IMG/VR virus record: IMGVR_UViG_3300037439_000033
Coordinates: 1 to 46,297 of that record
Length of the DNA stretch: 46,297 bases
DNA from: a virus
Taxonomy: Duplodnaviria; Caudoviricetes
Reading direction: 5' to 3' (one strand)
Positions within the stretch are counted from its first letter, which is position 1. Each line of letters starts with the position of its first letter. The notes beneath the pieces were generated by a model. The model was not told the DNA's origin and ran no database searches. It saw nothing but the letters and a program-made list of their open reading frames with translations. Positions 25,405 through 33,500 of the stretch are shown here, in pieces. The translations under genes were made by a program, and so were the position numbers.

Positions 25405-25991
25405 GAGAATTTTTCAAACAGCTACTGACCGATTTAAAACGCTTGTGCGGGCTTAATCAGTTGCAGGCGTTGAATGATATGCCTGAACCGAGAAAAGAGA
25501 TTAGCGCCCTACTGGACGTGCTCTGTAGGGTCGCTGACCAGTACCCATTGATCCCGGATGCAGACAAACAGAAAATAATCGAGAACGGGGTTATCCACGA
25601 CACGGAGTTCACGGGCTTGAATGCGCGTGTAATCGCCCGGTGGCTGAACCAGCACAAAGACAGGTACACGACAATGGCGGCTAGAACCGAACAGGCGGCC
25701 ACATCGGGCAAGGTTCTGACCCCCGATGAGTACGCGCCGTACCTGGAACAATGGCTCGAACAGGTGAAGAAGATCGGTAACACCGATTTATCCCGGGAAG
25801 AGAAGATCGAACAGCGCCGTAAGATGTTCTTCGGAAAGGACGTAGGCGGCCCGGTGCTGCACCCATCTACCACGATAGAAGAGTACGAAGCGCGACAGAT
25901 TGAACTCGAAGAGGCGAAGTCCCGCCGGATCGCAGAACTCCGGGAGAAGCACCCGACACTGACACAGGAGGAGTTAAACAGACTTTTATGA
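25401..25991 (+). CDS. Hypothetical replication-module protein
   Basis: ATGA-coupled to the initiator; helical. Confidence 0.7.
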   Translation: MREFFKQLLTDLKRLCGLNQLQALNDMPEPRKEISALLDVLCRVADQYPLIPDADKQKIIENGVIHDTEFTGLNARVIARWLNQHKDRYTTMAARTEQAATSGKVLTPDEYAPYLEQWLEQVKKIGNTDLSREEKIEQRRKMFFGKDVGGPVLHPSTTIEEYEARQIELEEAKSRRIAELREKHPTLTQEELNRLL

Positions 25992-26221
25992 AATACCTAT
26001 CATACCATGACGTCGTCGTTCAAGTGAACGGAGTAGACTACAAGATCAGCGACAATTACGCGTATCACCTTTCGTGTTGCCGTGTCACTGGATGGAAGCT
26101 TTGGTTCCTATGGCCACCTGAAGAAAGGGCCATAGGAGGAGAATACTCAGGTGATCAGTTCCGAATAACCGTCGGTGACATGGTAATAGTAGACGTACCT
26201 AAAACAGAAATTGAAGATTAA
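25988..26221 (+). CDS. Hypothetical protein
   Basis: ATGA overlap. Confidence 0.65.
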   Translation: MKYLSYHDVVVQVNGVDYKISDNYAYHLSCCRVTGWKLWFLWPPEERAIGGEYSGDQFRITVGDMVIVDVPKTEIED

Positions 26222-26257
26222 CTAACCCGCCCAGGGCGTAACCCTGGATTTAAAAGT

Positions 26258-26461
26258 ATGCAACATTATTTAGTTGAAAAGAAAATGGTCGTTACTATTC
26301 CACGCACCAATCAAAACATGGAGGTAACGGTATTAGACCGAGTTCGCGGACCTATACTGATTTGTGGTCAGGAGGAAGTTGGAGACTTCTACATGGTCGC
26401 CGACGCCGCCGGTAACGTATTCAAAGTGATGCCTGAAAACCTTGTAAAGATTAAGCCATGA
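26258..26461 (+). CDS. Hypothetical protein (SH3-like beta pattern)
   Basis: Resembles 14855-15109. Confidence 0.65.
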   Translation: MQHYLVEKKMVVTIPRTNQNMEVTVLDRVRGPILICGQEEVGDFYMVADAAGNVFKVMPENLVKIKP

Positions 26462-26742
26462 CCAACGAGGAGTTACTACAACAAGCGAAAGAACAGGTGG
26501 CGAAGAAGTACGGCTATAAAGTAGGTGATGGTAAAGACTGGCATCGATGCACATTTGGGGTTTTTTCCGACCTCCTAAAAGAATATCAGGACGAAGCCGC
26601 CCTTGTGGCCATCCAGAGCGCCAGAGAGGAAGGCCACAAGGCCGGATACAAAGAAGGTAAGAAGGACGGATTAACCGGGTACATACAAGCCAAATATGAC
26701 GACACCAATTTTCAGCCCGGAGGAGTGGGAGGCGATAGCTAA
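26458..26742 (+). CDS. Hypothetical protein
   Basis: ATGA overlap; EG..AGY.EG..DG motif. Confidence 0.65.
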   Translation: MTNEELLQQAKEQVAKKYGYKVGDGKDWHRCTFGVFSDLLKEYQDEAALVAIQSAREEGHKAGYKEGKKDGLTGYIQAKYDDTNFQPGGVGGDS

Positions 26743-26902
26743 ATACGCCCCGCCTTCTGAGAAAATGAACGAGAAAGGGCCATACGGTGGATGCTGGTTA
26801 CATGGTGAGTTTGTAGGATACGCCAGATGTATGGTAAAGCAAGTGATCCCTCTTTTGAAAGAAATCGAAGAATTGAAAAAACTAACCGCCCCGGGGCGTT
26901 AA
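26696..26902 (+). CDS. Hypothetical protein
   Basis: Last + strand ORF, converging with the spanin candidate. Confidence 0.6.
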   Translation: MTTPIFSPEEWEAIAKYAPPSEKMNEKGPYGGCWLHGEFVGYARCMVKQVIPLLKEIEELKKLTAPGR

Positions 26903-27558
26903 TTCGAAATGAGCAATCCGATAAGCACGCCCGCAGCTACAGCGCCTACTTTCTCGATCCAGGTTTTGAAAGCTGCGCGGCGTTCTTTCTTCTCGTACGT
27001 TTGGATTATGAGTTCTTTGGAATCGGTGATGGAGGATAGCGTGTCGTACCGGGCCTGCCAGAGCGTGTCGTTCTTTCCGAAAGCTGCCTTTAAGTATCCG
27101 TTCTCGTGGTTTAGGTTTCCGATTAGCGCGGCGTTCTCAACGAGAAGCGTGTCCTGCACCCGCTTGCTCACCGCGTCCGCCATGATAACCCGGGCAGATT
27201 CGATCGGAAGGCAGTACAGGGAATCAGATTGTTGCGGTGCTATGATCACCCGCACGCTGTCCAACTGGCGCGGAGTAGCATTCGCAAGTGTGATTCTCCG
27301 GAGTTTACCCTCCAAAGCCGAGATTCGCGTTTTAAGCGCTTTACGCGCATCCGAATCTTTAGCCGTGTCTTGCTTCATCTTCTCGCGGAAAGTATCGTGT
27401 AGCGCCTCCAGGCTATCAAGAACACGGCGTTTACGATTGACTTCCTTTTTTAGTTGTTCAACTTGATTATCGAAGTAACGCTTATCAGCACATTTCCATA
27501 CTACTGTTGCGGTTAAAACCATGATGGTAGCGGCAATCCAGAATATTTTTCTTTTCAT
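26899..27558 (-). CDS. Spanin candidate (possible unimolecular spanin)
   Basis: N-terminal KRK plus hydrophobic segment plus Cys23, coiled-coil body, C-terminal TM; near the endolysin. Confidence 0.6.
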   Translation of the reverse strand: MKRKIFWIAATIMVLTATVVWKCADKRYFDNQVEQLKKEVNRKRRVLDSLEALHDTFREKMKQDTAKDSDARKALKTRISALEGKLRRITLANATPRQLDSVRVIIAPQQSDSLYCLPIESARVIMADAVSKRVQDTLLVENAALIGNLNHENGYLKAAFGKNDTLWQARYDTLSSITDSKELIIQTYEKKERRAAFKTWIEKVGAVAAGVLIGLLISN

Positions 27559-27595
27559 ATCACGAAAGTAGTCAAATTTTATTTAACTTTAAGTA

Positions 27596-28207
27596 ATGCA
27601 CAGCGAACTCGTAAACATGGACTGCATGGAATACATGCGACAATTCCCGGATAAGTTCTTTGACCTCGCGTGTGTAGATCCACCTTACGGTATTGGTGCT
27701 GGTAAAATGACCCTTGGAAAAGGAAAGAGAAAGAAGTATTCAGCAGGTAAGGAATGGGACAGTTCGATACCGGATGACGAATACTTCGATGAATTGCAGC
27801 GCGTATCAAAAGAACAGATAATTTGGGGAGGTAACTATTTCGATCTCCCACCAACGAAGTGTTTTCTTATATGGGATAAAAAGAATGACGACAGGGATTT
27901 TGCTGAATGCGAACTTGCGTGGACATCTTTAGATTCAGTAGCTCGAATGTTCAGGATGCGCCCTCAAAATATGGACGGAGGCAAACAACACCCAACTCAG
28001 AAGCCTATCCAACTATACCGGTGGATTTTCAAAAATTACGCCCAGCCAGGGTTCAAGATACTCGACACACACCTGGGCAGCGGGTCGTCACGGATCGCGG
28101 CGCACGATATGAAATGCGACTTTTGGTCATGTGAGATTGATCCGGAGTATGTATCAACCGCAGAAAAGCGGTTTAATCAGTACGCTTCTGCCCCGATGAT
28201 GTTTTAA
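27596..28207 (+). CDS. Orphan DNA amino-methyltransferase (N6A/N4C, beta class)
   Basis: DPPY precedes HPTQKP and DTHLGSGS. Confidence 0.93.
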   Translation: MHSELVNMDCMEYMRQFPDKFFDLACVDPPYGIGAGKMTLGKGKRKKYSAGKEWDSSIPDDEYFDELQRVSKEQIIWGGNYFDLPPTKCFLIWDKKNDDRDFAECELAWTSLDSVARMFRMRPQNMDGGKQHPTQKPIQLYRWIFKNYAQPGFKILDTHLGSGSSRIAAHDMKCDFWSCEIDPEYVSTAEKRFNQYASAPMMF

Positions 28208-28271
28208 ATTGGCATAATATTTTATACATTCGCGCCGTCCGGGGTTATACCGTATCCCCGGAAAGGAAATT

Positions 28272-28327
28272 AACCCCTCCGTCTGGCGCTCGGTTTAAGC
28301 GTTAGGGCTCACGGAGGGGTTCTTTTA
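28272..28327. terminator. Hairpin between the convergent methyltransferase and endolysin genes
   Basis: AACCCCTCCGT...ACGGAGGGGTT followed by CTTTT; a second hairpin TCCGGGG...CCCCGGA lies at 28238-28262. Confidence 0.65.
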
Positions 28328-28819
28328 TTATGGACGGACGAAGCCGTACACATTCAATCCCGTATTTACCCGCTTTGTGCTTCGGGTTTTAATTTCCACA
28401 CTTGTGCCTTCTGGCGATCCTGCCGTGTTTGTATTCCCTTCGATCGTGAGGAATGCGCCGCCGTCGAGCAGTTCAATGACTATCCCTGCGTGGCCTTGCC
28501 AGCTTGCCTCTCCGTTCTTGTATCGCTGCCAGATAACCAGTGCGCCTATGCTTGGCTTGTCGAATATCGTATACCCAGCAGCGCGGAAGTTGTCCAATGT
28601 TTTTACCGCACCGGCGCTAAAAGTTTTCCGAAGGCCAGTTTCCTTTTCCGGGAACGCCTCGCAGAATACAGACTCCGCGAAGTATGCGCACCACGCCTCG
28701 CCATCCTTATGCCCCGACGCCTTCAACCGGCGGCCGAGTTCCGTTGCCTCTGTGAATACGTTTCCCTCAATCTCGCTTTGCCCGAGGTACTTCTTTGCCA
28801 CTTCTACTACCTTACTCAT
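28328..28819 (-). CDS. CHAP-domain endolysin
   Basis: WCAYF (Cys), GHAGIV (His), TIEGNT. Confidence 0.92.
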   Translation of the reverse strand: MSKVVEVAKKYLGQSEIEGNVFTEATELGRRLKASGHKDGEAWCAYFAESVFCEAFPEKETGLRKTFSAGAVKTLDNFRAAGYTIFDKPSIGALVIWQRYKNGEASWQGHAGIVIELLDGGAFLTIEGNTNTAGSPEGTSVEIKTRSTKRVNTGLNVYGFVRP

Positions 28820-29234
28820 ACCCTTGATGCCCGTTAAAGTCCCTTAATACGTTTCGTTTAGATTCCAGGAAGTCTCCCAGCTTTTGGTGTAACATCTGTA
28901 GCTCCACCATGGCGATGCCGCGCAGATTCGAAATAGCTTCCATTGTATTCCAATCCTGCTTCTTGTAGAGAGCTTCTAAGAGAATCAAAGAATTGTCGAT
29001 TGCCCACAAAATAAGATACGTCAGCCCATGCGCGCTTGAACCTTCCTTTATCGGTCCCTCGTGATTCATCCTGTGAATCATATCCGCGAACTCCGCCTGG
29101 TGCACTCGTTTGAGTTCGTCTATCTCCTCCATCTTTCGACGGATGACCCGGCGGTAAGCTAATATGAACCCCGGAAACCAGAGACATGAAGCCAAAACAA
29201 AACCTATCAATAGCCCGAGATACAAGTTGTTCAC
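28812..29234 (-). CDS. Single-TM lysis-cassette protein
   Basis: N-terminal TM plus helical tail; adjacent to the endolysin. Confidence 0.6.
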   Translation of the reverse strand: MNNLYLGLLIGFVLASCLWFPGFILAYRRVIRRKMEEIDELKRVHQAEFADMIHRMNHEGPIKEGSSAHGLTYLILWAIDNSLILLEALYKKQDWNTMEAISNLRGIAMVELQMLHQKLGDFLESKRNVLRDFNGHQGYE

Positions 29235-29620
29235 GTTGGTTCCCCATATAACCGTTTATTATTACCTTTCATTGCAGAGAAAATAAGCGTGCCGTATACC
29301 ACCAGCTTGATGGTGTCGATGTTAAAGTTAGGCACGAGTATGTCCTCATTGTAGCGTACAACGTAATCAATTAACGTTACTGATTCAAGGGCAAGAAATA
29401 CCCACATCATACGCTTGTTTTCTGGCATTGCCAGCAATAGTGCGAAGATAATAAGCGACCGGCTCACGTGTTCCTGAAGGTAATACACGTAAGATTCAAC
29501 CGTGATCATCTGATCGCTAAAAGGAAAAGGGTTCCCCTCCGGCCCGTCAGGAAAAAGGCAGTAAGCCACCATGACAAGGTGGGAGAGGAACAACAAAAGG
29601 AGTATTGTATTACCCCTCAT
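29231..29620 (-). CDS. Multi-TM membrane protein (holin/antiholin candidate)
   Basis: About four hydrophobic segments; lysis cassette. Confidence 0.6.
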   Translation of the reverse strand: MRGNTILLLLFLSHLVMVAYCLFPDGPEGNPFPFSDQMITVESYVYYLQEHVSRSLIIFALLLAMPENKRMMWVFLALESVTLIDYVVRYNEDILVPNFNIDTIKLVVYGTLIFSAMKGNNKRLYGEPT

Positions 29621-29647
29621 TACTTTGACTTTTTGCCTCCCGGTGGT

Positions 29648-30103
29648 TTATCTGGCGGGTTCTTTGGCTTGTCTTCGGTTTTTGCTTTTGTCTTCGACAT
29701 GTTGTTGATGTTTGTTCCCTGTAAATATAGCACTCCCTAGCAATGCTGCAATGAAGCCCGCGAGGACTCCCATCAAAGCACCCTGGTTTTCCTGAAAAAT
29801 ACACCACCACACCCCGCAGATTACGAAGCCTCGACCGGCCCATAACACTAGCAGAATCATGATGACGCGGATGGCATCCACTAAATTAGGCTTGTCGTCG
29901 CTGTCCTCCGCCAGTCTCCGAAACCAGTTGGCCATACCTGGGAACTTCAAACAGAGGATCAATATTGCCGGTTCTAAAGCGTGAAGGTTAAGCACCGTCC
30001 AGCACATAATGATAATCTTCCACGGCTCCTTTTCAGCCCAATAGCTGTAAGGAACCTTATGGAGAACCTCGACAAGAGCCTTTAGGGAATCCGGCTGGGC
30101 CAT
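29648..30103 (-). CDS. Holin candidate
   Basis: Three to four TM segments and a charged C-terminal tail. Confidence 0.55.
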   Translation of the reverse strand: MAQPDSLKALVEVLHKVPYSYWAEKEPWKIIIMCWTVLNLHALEPAILILCLKFPGMANWFRRLAEDSDDKPNLVDAIRVIMILLVLWAGRGFVICGVWWCIFQENQGALMGVLAGFIAALLGSAIFTGNKHQQHVEDKSKNRRQAKEPAR

Positions 30104-30525
30104 CAGATACCGAATATTCCCTTAGCGTTTAGCTGCAAAACAAAGTCTGCATCTGTCCGTGACTGTGGCGCTCCGGTGTCAATTATGGCCATGATCGGAG
30201 ATGTCGCAGGCGTGCCAGTGTCTTTGTAGATCACAAACGTCTGCGCTGTCATTGTGCCTGTGATCGTCCAGGAAGGGTTCGCAAAGTCAAAGTACACCCG
30301 GTTGTCGGTGTTGTCCCTGGTGATCACCTTACTAGTGAGCGTCTGGCCACCGGCGGTGTAACCCGTCGCGGTGATCTGGTTCGCAGAAACAGAGTTGATA
30401 AAGTCCTGTGTTGCCACGTTCACTGTGAACTGATTGCATGCCATGATCTTGATGGTATCTGCAATGGGATCTATGTCTCCATTGAGAGTAAGATCCTTGT
30501 ACTTATTGGTTAAATAGCTTGGCAT
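30103..30525 (-). CDS. Minor tail / fibre-associated structural protein
   Basis: G.ID...DTIK, GYTAGG.TL, FD...SW, IYKDTG...SP pattern common in phage tail modules. Confidence 0.7.
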   Translation of the reverse strand: MPSYLTNKYKDLTLNGDIDPIADTIKIMACNQFTVNVATQDFINSVSANQITATGYTAGGQTLTSKVITRDNTDNRVYFDFANPSWTITGTMTAQTFVIYKDTGTPATSPIMAIIDTGAPQSRTDADFVLQLNAKGIFGI

Positions 30526-30528
30526 AAA

Positions 30529-33500
30529 TTATGGTTTTTCAATTAAAATAAGTCCTGTGATACACGCGTCGCGGGTCTGTGATGCCCGGGCTGCGATGGT
30601 AATTTCTCCCGCCGTGGGTGTTACCGTCTCGAATACGATACCCTGGAACACGCTGTATTGCGCATACATGGTTTGAGTAGTGGCCCCGATCGTTACCGAT
30701 GCTTCCGCACGGGTGGCGAAATCGTCTCCGTTGTCCATACCGACGTACACCACAACCTTGTAAGATTTGGCGTTATTCAGCCCGGTGAACTTCATCGACC
30801 CGTTAGTGATGGAAGTCAGCATGCGGGCACCGTCGCGGTTGAAGTTTACACCCAATCCGAAGTAGTTCGCCGCCATCCGTACGCTGTGCTCTGTCTGCGG
30901 GTTGAAAGTGCTAAACCGGTTTATGATAGTTAATCCTACGGTTGAAGCAGACCCGTCGTATTCCACCAGGTTGTTCACCGCCTGCCCGTTGTTGATGTTG
31001 GTCAGGTTGTTTATCGGTGACGCGCTAGGATAAGTGCTGGATCCAAGGTCAACGATGAACATGCGGGCGTACAGCGAAGCCTTCAGCGCGGCCAGTTGCC
31101 CGAGCAATCCGGTTTTGAAAGACGACGACGGCAGCGCGTTAACCACCGGCAGCGCCTGCAGGTAGTCCTCAATGAGCTGAGTTCTTTCCGCGTATTGCAC
31201 GAATCCGAATGCCTCCTTCTGAGTGTCTTTGCTGAATTTCAGCATCCACCAGTTGTAGTTGTATTTGGCTTTCGTTCCGGATACCGGGCTATTTTTCCGA
31301 CGGTAGGCGTTATCGTGCCACACTGTACCGCTGTGTCCAGCTCCCCATATTATCATCATGATCGGCGGGTACTTCGGCGCAGGGCTGAGTGAGTTCATCG
31401 CAAACGCCATCTGCGGGGTGTTGGCGCGGTCCTGTGTCGTGTCGGTAGATCCGTGCAATGAGAACACCGGAATATTCCGGATTGACGCATAGCTGTATCC
31501 AATAGGCTGACTTCCAGCTACCGCGAAAACCGCCGTAACTCGTGTAGGTGCCGCCGCTGCCATCAGCCATGAACCGGCGGAACCGAGGGAAAGACCGGTT
31601 ACGTAAACCCGTGTTGTATCGACCCGGTAGTTTGCGATCATGTAATCCAGCGCGTGCAGCGGCCGCATCTGGCCGTTGATCACGATGCCCCATGAGGTTA
31701 ATCCTGACGGTGCCCCGGGAGCTATCACCAGCATTTCGTTATCCAGGGTATCCCCTGAATTGATCATGAGCGGAGCGCCTTCACCTAATACCGTGTTGAT
31801 TGTTCTACCTGCCCCGTGGAGGTAAATCATCAGCGGATACGTGTTCGAGTTGCTGTTGTAACCTGCCGGCTGGTAGATCATCGCCCGCTCCGTGGTGCCT
31901 GTAATGTACACCTGGTTGGTGGACAGAACTGCGGCACTTCCGCCAGCTTCAGCGACTACAGGCTGGAAGAACACAGGGTCAAATGTTGTGAGCCCGAAAA
32001 TTATGTTGTTCTGAAGAACCTGAGGATCGAAGAATACCGCGTCAAAAGTTGTAACTGGCAGTATTACCGGCACGTTGGCGTCAGCGTCTTTAACCTCCAC
32101 GCGCATAGCGGTGAGATAAGTGTATCCAACGGACGGACCAGATACGTAGGTGATCGTCATCGCAATCTCACCGCTTCCGTCCGGCTCTACGTTAAGGAAT
32201 TCTAAAATGCTGTTCTTGTTGTTCGAGACGTTGATTTCCTGGGTAATGCTGCCGATCGTGATTGACTGGATATTGTCAGTGTCCCGGCGCGATGCCAGTA
32301 TCCGGAAGTCAAGGCGTTTCGTTTCCTTGATGTTGGTAAGGATTACTTGCGGCGGCGGATTGCCGGACCGGTAGATACCGTACCTTATAACTGCTGTTGG
32401 GAACTCGGTAGTCCCCGTGTAATTCGTGTCGTTGTCTGTTCTGTTGTTGTCGATACCTACGAACCGTATTCCTATGCCAGTGTTAACCAGGGCAGACGTG
32501 ATCATGTTACCGAAGGTCTCGGTAGTGCTGGCATTTACGTCGTTCCAATCGTCCAGGCCTGAATCCACCGCGCCGGTTAGGTTGATCTGAATAACACCAT
32601 TGGTAGTCCCCGAGCGGAAAGAAACAGGCTCAAACAAAACCGGGGTGAATGTAGCCAGGTCAACAGGTATGGCGTTGTTCAGGTTTAGTTTGTAAATCTT
32701 AACCGTGTTCATGAACCCGATCACCGCTGACGGCAATGCCTTTATTTTGACCCTCAGCGTACCGTCACCAGCCGGGCGCATAGAATACAGGTCAGCCGTC
32801 TTGCTATCGTTAGAAGACAATACAGGGTCATTGGCAGGCACGTACGCGCTACGATCACCGGAAACAAATCCAGTGTACCAATACGGCCCGAGGTTCTGGA
32901 ATGACGATAGGAACTTGAAAGTGTACAAGTAGGCCGGGTCAAGTCCAAAGAACTCGATTTCAGCCTTCGTTGTGGCGTCCAACCGCCAGCTCGTGCGGAT
33001 CACATCTAAAGGGTAGTCCTCGCTTGCCCGTCCACCGGATGAGCGAACCCCAGCGAAAGATCCGATTATGCGTACCCCTATTCCGGTGTCTGCATCCAAG
33101 ACATCTTTCATGCCGGTGAACTCTTCGCCCGCGTCTGGCTGGTCGCCGGATGGCAACAGGGTATTCCACCCCACTACCGGCCCAGGCCGTGTGCTATTCC
33201 CGAAGTTGATGAACACCCGCTGCACCACATCACCGGCAAAAAGGTCCTGATCGAGGCTGACCACGTTCGAGTACGCGGTGTATGTAGTGTCGGAGCGTTG
33301 GGCTCTTACGCGATAGTAGTATGTGGTGTCGTCTTCCCGGAAGAAAGAAACGTCGTTTTGGGTGACGTTATCCTTCCATAGAGCAAATCCAGTGACGGCG
33401 TTTGTGCTCCTGAATATCTGGTATTTGAGATACGACTTATTAACGAACACCGCTTCAAGCGCGGTAATTATCGTATCCCTCAGGACGATGTGCCCGGCGT

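Noticed and set aside
26221-26900. Similar ACTAAC-CGCCC..GGGCGT motifs at 26221 and 26881
   Set aside because: Only two short imperfect copies; may be small terminator hairpins, insufficient support
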